Below are positions 21,236-30,703 of a stretch of DNA of 64,000 bases, piece after piece. Both the position numbers and the translations under genes were made by a program. The notes beneath the pieces were generated by a model that was not told the origin of the DNA, searched no databases, and was given only the letters and a program-made list of their open reading frames with translations. Within the stretch, counting starts at the first letter, position 1. Every line of letters starts with the position of its first letter. Origin of the DNA: Spirulina sp. (GTDB lineage Bacteria > Cyanobacteriota > Cyanobacteriia > Phormidesmidales > Phormidesmidaceae); NCBI GenBank assembly GCA_044070495.1, contig JBIPSI010000004.1, forward strand, positions 96,001-160,000, in the 5' to 3' direction.

Positions 21236-22099
21236 ATGAGAATTCCTGACTTCAAAAATAAAGAACTGCTTCAACAAGCACTGACTCATAGCTCCTATGC
21301 TAGGGAAAATGTCACGACTGACAACGAGCGTCTAGAATTTCTCGGTGACAGTATTATTGAGTTTGTAGTACGTTTTTTGCTTTTTACCCAATATCCAAAG
21401 ATGGATGAGGGCGAAATGTCGAAACGCTCTGATTTAATCGTCGATCAATCTCAATTAGCCGACCTTTCAGTAAAGCTAGGTTTGCCAAATCGTCTGCGAT
21501 TGGGAAGTGGCTCCCAGCAGGAACGTGATAACCCTAGCGTCCAGGCTGACGCCTTTGAAGCCCTGATTGGAGCCTATTTTTTAGATTCTGGCATTAATGC
21601 TGCTTACGATTATGCCAAATCCTTATTTAGCCCATTAATTGCTCAATCTATCAATCTCACGCCTACCGATCCAGTCAGTGCTTTTCAAGAGTATGTACAA
21701 GCTCACTTTGCTGGTCAGCTTCCCGACTATCGAGAGCTTAGCGCTATTGGTCCAGATCATGCCAAAACCTTTGAGATTGCGGTTTATATCAATCATGAGC
21801 GTTACGGTACAGGCAAGGGCAATAGTAAGAAAGAAGCACGAAAGCAAGCGGCCTTGGATGCACTCAATCACCTTCAACCCGATCCCGTAAGCAAATTACA
21901 GGAGTTGGTACTGACTCGTTTTGGCGAACCACCCGAATATCGAGAACTCAGTACGGTAGGTTCCGTACCTAATCAAACATTTGAAATTGGGGTGTATATC
22001 AACCACCAATGCTACGGTGTTGGTAAAGGAAAACGTAAAAGGGAAGCCCGCAAGCAAGCCGCATTAGAAGCAATCAGTCGATTAAAGGCTAAAAAGTAG
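21236..22099 (+). CDS. rnc: Ribonuclease III with two tandem dsRBDs
   Basis: ALTHSSY, NERLEFLGDS, ADAFEALIGA; two dsRBDs DPVS..QE...G.G..K.EARKQAAL. Confidence 0.92.
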   Translation: MRIPDFKNKELLQQALTHSSYARENVTTDNERLEFLGDSIIEFVVRFLLFTQYPKMDEGEMSKRSDLIVDQSQLADLSVKLGLPNRLRLGSGSQQERDNPSVQADAFEALIGAYFLDSGINAAYDYAKSLFSPLIAQSINLTPTDPVSAFQEYVQAHFAGQLPDYRELSAIGPDHAKTFEIAVYINHERYGTGKGNSKKEARKQAALDALNHLQPDPVSKLQELVLTRFGEPPEYRELSTVGSVPNQTFEIGVYINHQCYGVGKGKRKREARKQAALEAISRLKAKK

Positions 22100-22176
22100 A
22101 CTAGCGGCTAGATGGCCTAGCGTTCCACTGCTAAGCTGCCTACACTAAAAGAGCCGTATTCAATAGAACTCACTCT

Positions 22177-23544
22177 ATGACCACCTTTAGCGCACCATTG
22201 CACATCAACTGGGATACCTTCGCCAGTGCCCTGGGTGAGATTGAGGTGGTGCGCGAGCCGGGGCAGGTTGAGAAGCTCTCCAAGGACTACTACCACTTCA
22301 GCCCGGTGCTTCAGGGGCAGTTGGCAGACTATAGGGCGGATTTGGTTGTGCGTCCCAAAACGGAGGCCGAGGTGCTGCAAGTGGCCCAGCGCTGTGTGGC
22401 GGAACGGGTGCCGCTGACGGTGCGAGGTGCGGGGACGGGCAACTACGGCCAGTGCATCCCCTTGGCGGGGGGTGTGGTGCTGGATTTGAGCCTGATGAAT
22501 CAGGTGAAGTGGATGAGGCCGGGGGTGGCGTGCGTGGAACCGGGGGCTAAAATGGCTGCCATTGACCGAATTACAAGGGAAACGGGCTGGGAACTGCGGA
22601 TGGCTCCTTCTACCTACCGGACGGCCACCATTGGCGGCTTTATTGGCGGCGGCAGCGGCGGCATGGGGTCAATTACCTACGGCCAACTGCGGGATCGGGG
22701 CAACCTGAATGCCGTGCGGGTGGTGACGATGGAGGATCAGCCTCGCGTCCTTGAACTACGGGGCGATGCGGTGCAGCAGGTGAACCACGCCTACGGCACC
22801 AACGGCATCATCACCGAGTTGGAGGTGCCCCTGGGGCCAGCCTACCCCTGGGCCGAGACCATTGTGGTGTTTGACGACTTCATGACGGCGGCTCGATTTG
22901 GCCAGGTGCTTGGCGAAGCGGACGGGCTGATTAAAAAGCTGATCACCGTGTTTGCATGGCCTGTGCCGAACTACTTTATGGCGCTCAAATCCTATCTGCC
23001 GGAGGGCAAGGCGGCGGTGTTTGGGATGGTAGCCGAGCCGTCCCTAGAACTATTTGGCGAACTGGTGCGGGAATTTGGCGGTGCCGTAACCTACCAAAAA
23101 TCCGCCCAGGAGGCCAGTAAGGGTACCTTGTTGGTGGAGTTTACCTGGAACCACACCACCCTTCATGCCCGCAGTGTGGATCCAACCATCACCTATCTGC
23201 AAACGCTGTTTCCCTACGATGCCGACCTCAAAGGTGTCGAGCATTTCTACCGCCACTTTGGCGATGAGGTGCTGATGCACCTGGAATTTCTACGCATCGG
23301 GGGGCGGGTTTGTCCCGCAGCGCTGCAACTGGTGCGCTACACCACCGAGGAACGGCTGAACGAGATCATCCGCTACCACGAAGACCGTGGGGCCTTCATC
23401 GCCAACCCCCATACCTATCTGCTCGAAGATGGCGGCATGAAGCAGGTGGATCACGCCCAGGTAGACTTTAAGGCCCAGGTGGATCCCTACGGATTACTCA
23501 ACCCCGGCAAAATGCGCGGCTGGCTAGAACGGCAAACACCGTAG
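22177..23544 (+). CDS. FAD-binding oxidoreductase (GlcD-like)
   Basis: RGAGTGNYG, ATIGGFIGGG, DPYGLLNPGK. Confidence 0.85.
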   Translation: MTTFSAPLHINWDTFASALGEIEVVREPGQVEKLSKDYYHFSPVLQGQLADYRADLVVRPKTEAEVLQVAQRCVAERVPLTVRGAGTGNYGQCIPLAGGVVLDLSLMNQVKWMRPGVACVEPGAKMAAIDRITRETGWELRMAPSTYRTATIGGFIGGGSGGMGSITYGQLRDRGNLNAVRVVTMEDQPRVLELRGDAVQQVNHAYGTNGIITELEVPLGPAYPWAETIVVFDDFMTAARFGQVLGEADGLIKKLITVFAWPVPNYFMALKSYLPEGKAAVFGMVAEPSLELFGELVREFGGAVTYQKSAQEASKGTLLVEFTWNHTTLHARSVDPTITYLQTLFPYDADLKGVEHFYRHFGDEVLMHLEFLRIGGRVCPAALQLVRYTTEERLNEIIRYHEDRGAFIANPHTYLLEDGGMKQVDHAQVDFKAQVDPYGLLNPGKMRGWLERQTP

Positions 23545-23839
23545 GGTGGGCACTGCCAGCCCTGTCAAAGGGAGGCAGGTTTTGGGGTCGATCCCTAGGA
23601 TTGGCTGCTGAGCCAAGGACTAGAAGTCCCAGGCTCAATGCAGAAATCCTCTGAAGAGGATTGACAGCCGAGTGCCCCAGTCTGCTTTAGCAGACTTCTG
23701 CGATGAGCCAGGGAGTTTACTCCCTGGTGGTCGTGGCCGGAGTTCCTTATTCTATGGGCATTTGGGGAATGGTTGGCCCACCTTGTCATCCCTTTGGAAA
23801 TCGGGGCTATAGGCTGCGGATCTGTAGGATGCGACGATG

Positions 23840-24583
23840 CTATGGGGTCACCACAGGAGCCGCTACGACGGGATACAGCGGTTCCTGGCCATTTAAGCGC
23901 CAAAGGCTAATGCACAGGGCGGTGGCCACTGTCAGCCATACCAGAGACGGCAGAATGACCCAACCCGCCAAGGGCAACACCTGGAAGTAGCCGATAGTCA
24001 GCGTTACCACCGACAGCAGCGGCCCCCCAATGACCATGGGCACAGCGGCCCCCAGGCGACCCTCCACGGTAAAAATCGTATTCCAGGTGTCGCCCAAGCT
24101 GAGGTGAATGACGTAGAGCACTAGGGGCCAAACCAGAAACGTTTGCCCCAGAGCCGACCAAACTAAATAGGCCGAGGTCACCCGCAGCACCGCAATGCTC
24201 ATCCACACAATGGGGAACGCCAGGGGCGGCGGTGCCCAACCCGGCCTTTGCAGCGATTGGTAGCGACCACTGTTGCGGGTATTATCCAGCCAGGAAAACA
24301 GGCGCGATCTCAGGGTGATAAAGGCGAAAAATCCACAGACCATCGCTGTAATGCCCCAGGGCGGCAGGGCCAATCCTGCCAACAGGGGCATTACTCTATC
24401 CATGCCCCACAATAGCCCCGTCATCACGGCCACCTGGGTCACCGTAGCCGCCAGGTAAGTGAGTGTTCCGGTGATGTCCCAACGGGGGTTGGTCAAATCC
24501 GTCGAAACTTTCGTATCGGTGGCGGTTTCGTTAACACCCATCACGGTGTTAACGCTCTGTTTGACCCAGTTTTTGCGGTTCAT
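23840..24583 (-). CDS. TspO/MBR tryptophan-rich sensory protein
   Basis: YQSLQRPGWAPPPLAFPIVW, multiple TM helices. Confidence 0.82.
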   Translation of the reverse strand: MNRKNWVKQSVNTVMGVNETATDTKVSTDLTNPRWDITGTLTYLAATVTQVAVMTGLLWGMDRVMPLLAGLALPPWGITAMVCGFFAFITLRSRLFSWLDNTRNSGRYQSLQRPGWAPPPLAFPIVWMSIAVLRVTSAYLVWSALGQTFLVWPLVLYVIHLSLGDTWNTIFTVEGRLGAAVPMVIGGPLLSVVTLTIGYFQVLPLAGWVILPSLVWLTVATALCISLWRLNGQEPLYPVVAAPVVTP

Positions 24584-24767
24584 GGTGCTTGGTAGAAAAT
24601 AGGTCTATGGGTGGCTCTGCCTAGGATATACCGCGCCCCTAGCGGATTTCCAGGACAGCAGCTTCCTATGGCTTTGCTAAACCATAGCCTCCAGCCACAA
24701 AAAATGCAGAACTGATGAGCCATTCTGGGTAGTCTAGAGCGAGGTGATGCTTGCAGGCTCAACGGCG

Positions 24768-26111
24768 ATGGCAAATCAAGAACAGGTCGCTTTGCTAAAG
24801 CAGGGAATTAAGGTTTGGAATGCCTGGAGGGATGGAAATCCTGACGTTGAGATAGATCTTAGATTCGCCGACCTAACCGCCGTCGGCCTAATCGCCGCCA
24901 AACTCAGCTACGCCGACCTCAGCTACGCCGACCTCAGCTACGCCAAACTCAGCTACGCTAACCTCAGCGAGGCCGACCTCAGCTACGCCGACCTCAGCTA
25001 CGCCGACCTCAGCTACGCTAACCTCAGTGAGGCCGACCTCAGCTACGCCAAACTCAGATCCGCCAACCTCAGCGAGGCCAACCTCAGCGAGGCCAACCTC
25101 AGCAAGGCCAACCTCAGCGAGGCCGACCTCAGCGAGGCCAACCTCAGCGAGGCCGACCTCAGCTACGCCGACCTCAATGCGTCTCAGGTACTTGGTGCTA
25201 ATTTTACCCAGGCAACACTCACAGGAGCCTGTATAGCCGACTGGCAAATCGGCATCTCAACCATCCTTAAAGATGTCCAATGTGACTATATTTTTCGCAC
25301 CTACAACTATGAGAGTCAACAATTCTCAGGTCGTCTTCCTATGGATCCTGAAAACCCCTTTGCCCTAGATGAATTTAGTCAACGATTTCAAATTATTGCC
25401 AGTGCCCTAGAAACTATCGACATCACCTTCACCGAGGGTATCGACTGGCAAGCCTTTTTCCAGTCTTTCCAGGAATTACGGCAGCGTTATCCCCAACATA
25501 ATATTGGCATTCAAGGCATTGAGGAGAAGGATGGAGCCTTGATAGTGCGCTTGAAAGTAGAAACAGAAGAGACAGGCGCAGCGCTAGAGGAGCTTAAAGG
25601 CCGGATCGAAACCACCGAGAAGCAGTTATATTCAGTTCAACTCTCATTGCGGGAAGCAGAAGGGCAACTGAAGGTGTACCGAGAGATGATGGGAGTAGTT
25701 CAGACGTTAGTGTTAAGACCTATGGGTGACCAAAATTTCTATGCTCCAGTTGGCAATGTGGCGGGTACCAACCAAGGGCAAATGACAGCCTACATCAACC
25801 AAAATAATGAGGCTATCAGCCAACTCATCGCCACACTTCGGTCTACTGTTCAGGCTTTTCCATCCGAGCAAAAAGACGATGTGTTGATGGAGCTAGACGA
25901 CCTAGAAAGCGACCTCAGCAAGACAGAGAAGCCAGAACCAAAGCGCATCGGTAAGCGACTTCAAAGAATCTTGGCCGCAGGAACTGCCGCTGCCACCCTA
26001 GCAGGAGGTGCCGCTACCTTTACAGGCGATCTCAACGAATTCACCCAAAACGTGCTGGAGTTGGGAGAAAAAATTGGTCTAGATCGAGGTTCGATCCAAG
26101 GCAACCCATAA
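24768..26111 (+). CDS. Pentapeptide repeat protein with C-terminal coiled-coil region
   Basis: A(D/N/K)LS(Y/E) repeats encoded by 15-bp units ~24860-25180; start MANQEQ. Confidence 0.9.
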   Translation: MANQEQVALLKQGIKVWNAWRDGNPDVEIDLRFADLTAVGLIAAKLSYADLSYADLSYAKLSYANLSEADLSYADLSYADLSYANLSEADLSYAKLRSANLSEANLSEANLSKANLSEADLSEANLSEADLSYADLNASQVLGANFTQATLTGACIADWQIGISTILKDVQCDYIFRTYNYESQQFSGRLPMDPENPFALDEFSQRFQIIASALETIDITFTEGIDWQAFFQSFQELRQRYPQHNIGIQGIEEKDGALIVRLKVETEETGAALEELKGRIETTEKQLYSVQLSLREAEGQLKVYREMMGVVQTLVLRPMGDQNFYAPVGNVAGTNQGQMTAYINQNNEAISQLIATLRSTVQAFPSEQKDDVLMELDDLESDLSKTEKPEPKRIGKRLQRILAAGTAAATLAGGAATFTGDLNEFTQNVLELGEKIGLDRGSIQGNP

Positions 26112-26233
26112 GTGCTAGTAGGGGGGGCACTGCCCCCCTTGTCATCCTTGTGGAAGTCAGGGCTATGGGATGCGGATGGGTCTTATCCGGCGATGCAGGT
26201 GGGCAGTGCCCACCCTACAACGAGACAACTCCC

Positions 26234-27919
26234 TCACGGCACGGCGGCGTAGGCGATCAGTTGCAGGAGGCGCTGACGCAGGGTATCTAGGCCCAGGCGT
26301 TCGGTGGCGGAGATAAACAGGGCGTGGGGGTACTCTTCCCTGGCTTTGATCAGGACATCGCTGCTGATTTCGTCGGATTTGTTGAACACCAGCAGCATTG
26401 GCCCCGGCGCGATGGGCATTTGGTTGAGGATCCGCATCACCCAGTGGATTTGGTCGGCCCAGGCGGGGTGGGAGATATCCACCACATGGAGTAGGGCGTC
26501 GGCCTCGGTGACCTCCTCTAGGGTGGCCCGAAAGGCGTCCATCAAGGAGGCGGGCAGTTCTTCGATGAAGCCCACGGTGTCGGTGAGTACCAGGTGGGTG
26601 GTGGTGTGGGTGTCGGGATCGGTGATGGCGAGGCGGCGGGTGGTGGGGTCTAGGGTGGCGAAGAGCTGGTCGGCGGCATAGACCTCGGAATTGGTGAGGG
26701 TGTTGACCAGGGTGGATTTTCCGGCGTTGGTGTAGCCCACCACGGCGATGGAGGGCAGGCTGTCGTCCTGGCGACGCTGGCGCAGACGGGCACGGTGGGC
26801 CTGGAGTTGGTTCACCTCTTGTTGGAGTTTGTTGATGCGGCGCTGAATCGCCCGTCGCTCGGTTTCTAGCTTGGTTTCCCCAGGGCCACGGGTGCCAATG
26901 CCGCCCCCCAGCCGCGACATGGCCTTGCCCCGTCCGGTCAGCCTGGGCATTTGGTATTCCAATTGGGCCAGTTCCACTTGCAGCTTGCCAGCTCCGGTTT
27001 TGGCCCGCTGGGCGAAGATGTCGAGGATCAGTTCGGTACGATCTACTACCCGCAAGCCGATTTGAGCTTCTAGGTTCCGCACCTGCACGGGGGATAGATC
27101 TCGGTCAAACACGACCAAATTGGCTCCCACGGTTTGAGCCGCCAGGGCCACCTCATGCACCTTCCCCGAACCCAGCACCGTTTGCGGATGGGGTCGAGGT
27201 CGCCGCTGCACTAGGGTATCCAGCACCTCACCACCCGCACTGTCCACCAGACGCTTGAGTTCCTGTAGGCGTTGTTGAAAATGGTCGGCGTTGTGATCGT
27301 GGGTGTGCAGCCCCACCACCAGCACCCGATCCTGGTCGGTGTCTACCTGACGGGCGGTGAAGGCACGGCGGAAGTCCTCCTCCAGTTCCTCCACCCGTTC
27401 TAGGAAATGCTGATTGGCCAAGTCCTCCACATCCAGCGGTTCCGACACCAGCCAGCGCTGTTCTGGGTGGGGCACCAGATGGGCCAGGTAGGCCGATTGA
27501 ATGTAGCCCGTGGATTGTCCGCCCCGCCGCTTAAAGCCACTGCCCGTCAACACCAGGGAGGCCAGCATATCCAGCCGTTGCAGGGCCATGGTAGTAAGGA
27601 TGGCGTCCGTTGGCGGGTCGGCCTCGGTTTGGGTGGCAATGCAGCGAATGCCGCAGAGGCGATCATCGCCGTAGCGGGGCAGTTCCGTCAGGGGAATTTG
27701 GGTCTGCCGCAGGGTGCCCACCCCCACGCGGATTACCTGTCCGCGCCGATTTACGTAGGCACAAACCGGGTTGCCCACCTCCGTACTGGCCGCCGCCAAC
27801 CGCTGGGCAAACTCCGGCGTGACGATGCAATCCCCCGGTAGCCGCTGGTGATACAATCGCTGCAACTGCTTAAGCTGGCTGGGTTTCAGACCCTTGAGAT
27901 TTCCGTAAACCGTTTCGAT
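26234..27919 (-). CDS. hflX: GTPase HflX, cyanobacterial long form, probable ATC start
   Basis: GIGTRGPGETKLE, GYTNAGKST, LFATLD, DTVGF; frame extends to IETVYGNLKGLKPSQLKQ behind AAAGGA. Confidence 0.93.
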   Translation of the reverse strand: METVYGNLKGLKPSQLKQLQRLYHQRLPGDCIVTPEFAQRLAAASTEVGNPVCAYVNRRGQVIRVGVGTLRQTQIPLTELPRYGDDRLCGIRCIATQTEADPPTDAILTTMALQRLDMLASLVLTGSGFKRRGGQSTGYIQSAYLAHLVPHPEQRWLVSEPLDVEDLANQHFLERVEELEEDFRRAFTARQVDTDQDRVLVVGLHTHDHNADHFQQRLQELKRLVDSAGGEVLDTLVQRRPRPHPQTVLGSGKVHEVALAAQTVGANLVVFDRDLSPVQVRNLEAQIGLRVVDRTELILDIFAQRAKTGAGKLQVELAQLEYQMPRLTGRGKAMSRLGGGIGTRGPGETKLETERRAIQRRINKLQQEVNQLQAHRARLRQRRQDDSLPSIAVVGYTNAGKSTLVNTLTNSEVYAADQLFATLDPTTRRLAITDPDTHTTTHLVLTDTVGFIEELPASLMDAFRATLEEVTEADALLHVVDISHPAWADQIHWVMRILNQMPIAPGPMLLVFNKSDEISSDVLIKAREEYPHALFISATERLGLDTLRQRLLQLIAYAAVP

Positions 27920-28156
27920 AGCGCTAATCCTTTACGTACGTCATTAGTCGGGATATTCATTATAAAAAAACGACTCAGTTTTGTTGATGGGAAGTGGTGT
28001 AGTGCTGATTGCCTGACACCTCTCCCGTGTAGGTTGGGTGCAGCGAAGCGAAACCCAACACTCGCCGAGGATTTCGGGCTTGTTGGGTTCTGCTATCGCG
28101 CCACCCAACCTACGAGTTATGAGGGGTGTTTGGGGATGATGGGGTGAGATTTGCGG

Positions 28157-28636
28157 CTAGACGGGCGCTTGAATCGCGATCTGCCCCACCATGCCTGCCT
28201 CTGCATGGCCCGCAATGGAGCAATGCAGCTCGTAGGTGCCTGGTTTTTGGGGAATAAACGTCCAGTTAGCCACCGCCCCCGGCTTGAGTTCTAGTTCGTG
28301 AATAGCGCCCTTGATCTCAACGTTGCCCGCCTTTACGTTTTGCGTCCACAGGGCATCCGCAAAATCCTTGGCGGTGAAGTAGTGCTTTTCGGGGCTGGGA
28401 TTATCTAGCACGAGGGTATAGCGTTGTCCAGCAATAAAAGTGAATTGATCCGGTTCAAAGCGCAGTTCCCCCGCCGCTGTTCCCAAGTGAACCGTGACGG
28501 TTTCTGCGGGTTGCTGGGTGGGTGCCATGGCCCAGGCTGGACTCATCCACAAAACCACCGTGCAAAGGATGATCCAAAGTCCTAGCCATTGCCATCTTCG
28601 TTGATTCCCGATTTTTTGCGCACCGCCAAATACCAT
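28157..28636 (-). CDS. Secreted cupredoxin (plastocyanin/azurin family)
   Basis: Signal peptide, H...CSIAGHAEAGM copper ligands. Confidence 0.85.
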   Translation of the reverse strand: MVFGGAQKIGNQRRWQWLGLWIILCTVVLWMSPAWAMAPTQQPAETVTVHLGTAAGELRFEPDQFTFIAGQRYTLVLDNPSPEKHYFTAKDFADALWTQNVKAGNVEIKGAIHELELKPGAVANWTFIPQKPGTYELHCSIAGHAEAGMVGQIAIQAPV

Positions 28637-28704
28637 GGTGGTTCTCTCCTTATCACAACCTAGTTTTCCTAATCATTTTCCCTCAGAAGTACCGCCCTTA
28701 GTGA

Positions 28705-28854
28705 TATAGCGGTTCTCGATAACGTGAGGTACACCATGGCTGGGTTCTAGATCCCCCTAATACATAGCTGTCTAAGGTTCACTCTGTATCCCCCTTATTA
28801 AGGGGGGCAGGGGGGATCATCGCAATATACTTCACTCGAGTGAAATCCGCTATA
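28705..28854 (-). mobile_element. MITE family A, best-preserved copy (150 bp)
   Basis: Terminal inverted repeats TATAGCGG...CCGCTATA; GC-rich palindromic core. Confidence 0.8.
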
Positions 28855-28925
28855 GATCAGGCCATCTTAGGAAACGGGCCAAAACCATTTTTCAGAGTAG
28901 CGAATAGGCGAAGATAGCCCTAGAG

Positions 28926-29546
28926 CTAAGCCAGTACACCATTCAGAAAAATATCGGTCAAGCATTCCGCCAGTTCCTTCATAGATTGGGCCGAACCAGC
29001 GGTATCGCCGAGGGTTTCTTGGCTAAAGCCAGCCACCGTAAACATGCCCAAAAACACCCTAGCCACCATGCGCGCATTCATAGGGCGATACACCCCACGA
29101 TCCATCGCCGTTTGGAAAAAGGCTTCGGCCACATCGATCATTTTTCCGATGACTTCGGTTTGAATTTGCTCCCGCAATTCGGGATGAAACTGCGCTTCCA
29201 TAAAACACACCCTCATTAGGGCCGAATTACGCTGTAAGTTTAGCATTCGCCGCTGCATTACCTGCCCGATGGCTTTATAGCTGGCCATCTCGCTGAGTTC
29301 GGTCAGCAAATCCGTTAAAATCTCGACCCAGCCCTGGCTCGCCACCGCCACTAGGATGGCTTTTTTATTTTCAAAATGTCGAAATAACGTACCCTCCGCC
29401 ACCCCCGCCGCCTTAGCTAAGTCGCGGGTGGTGGTGCCACTATAGCCCCGCTGGGCAAAGAGCTTGAGCGCAGCCTGCAAAATTTTGGCTTCGGTGTCAG
29501 TTTCTGTGGCGGCTTTTTCTGCGGCGGCTTTGAAGAACGGCACCAT
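28926..29546 (-). CDS. TetR family regulator
   Basis: ILQAALKLF...TTTRDLAKAAGVAEGTLFRHF. Confidence 0.92.
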   Translation of the reverse strand: MVPFFKAAAEKAATETDTEAKILQAALKLFAQRGYSGTTTRDLAKAAGVAEGTLFRHFENKKAILVAVASQGWVEILTDLLTELSEMASYKAIGQVMQRRMLNLQRNSALMRVCFMEAQFHPELREQIQTEVIGKMIDVAEAFFQTAMDRGVYRPMNARMVARVFLGMFTVAGFSQETLGDTAGSAQSMKELAECLTDIFLNGVLA

Positions 29547-29932
29547 GGCAAATCACCTGCGTTGTGGCGAAAGAGAGACCATGCCCTCAAAAGAAATGGC
29601 ACAATACCCTATTCCGCATTGTGCCCCCTGCAACTATAGAGCGGCGGCAAGATTTACATAACCACACAAAACCTGAAATAACTACTCACTCTTAATCCAT
29701 AAACGCCACAACCCATGGCCAAAGGTCAAAACATCGATTATTGATAGTTGCAATGGACTATTTTCAGAATTATCTTTTTGTCCTATGGCCGTGATCCCTA
29801 GGGTCAGATATATCGTCTATATCGTCGTTGGGTTCTACTGAGCGCGTCGCCCATGGGAGACCCCAAAATGCGTTGTATACTTAACGATGAAAAGAACGAC
29901 ACCATCAGCAGTAGTTGGTCTGCCTCATTCCT

Positions 29933-30679
29933 ATGGTTGTTGCGTCCCCTCAAATCTCACGCCCCTGTCCGCTAAGCATCTCCTGGGAGAAGCTGCCGGA
30001 CGACTTTCAGCTACCCGATGATCCCGTGGATAATGTCAATCAACCAGCCCTAGCAGCGGCCCTCACCGATAGTTTGTATCAAGCGGGCCTGGTCGCAGAA
30101 ACAGCATTTACGATGACCAACTACGGCATCTGTGCCACCATTAACGGTCAAATGGTGGTGAAGGCTCCTGACTGGGCCTATGTGGCTAACATCACGGTGC
30201 CCCGCAGCGACATCGAACGCAGCTACACCCCCAATTTGCAGGGGCCAGTGCCCAGCATCGTGATGGAATTTATCTCAGAAACGCCAGGGGACGAGTATTC
30301 CAGCAAGCCAACCTATCCCCCCGGTAAATGGTTCTACTACGAGTCCATTCTGCAAGTTCCTTACTACGCGATTTTTGAACCCAGTTCAGGGGATTTGGAA
30401 CTGTACCATCTCCAGGAGGAGGGGCGCTACACCCTGCAAACCATGGCCGAAAACGGGTTGTATTGGGTGGATTCCATGCAGCTCTTTTTAGGGGTCTGGC
30501 AGGGGGATCGCGAAAATCGAACCGGGTACTGGCTACGGTGGTGGGATGCCGAGGGCAACCTGCTGCTATGGGGCCTTGAACGAGTACAGCAGGAAGCCCA
30601 ACGCGCCGAGCAGGAGGCCCAAAAAGCTGAACGATTGAGGGCACAACTCCGCGCCGCAGGCATCGAGCCAGAGGATTGA
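29933..30679 (+). CDS. Uma2 family endonuclease
   Basis: APDW, VMEFIS, K..YE, C-terminal E/Q coiled coil. Confidence 0.88.
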   Translation: MVVASPQISRPCPLSISWEKLPDDFQLPDDPVDNVNQPALAAALTDSLYQAGLVAETAFTMTNYGICATINGQMVVKAPDWAYVANITVPRSDIERSYTPNLQGPVPSIVMEFISETPGDEYSSKPTYPPGKWFYYESILQVPYYAIFEPSSGDLELYHLQEEGRYTLQTMAENGLYWVDSMQLFLGVWQGDRENRTGYWLRWWDAEGNLLLWGLERVQQEAQRAEQEAQKAERLRAQLRAAGIEPED

Positions 30680-30703
30680 CTGATTCCCCGACACCTTTAA
30701 CGA

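Noticed and set aside
24860..25180. Regular 15-bp repeats as a CRISPR array
   Set aside because: In-frame pentapeptide coding repeats with no spacers
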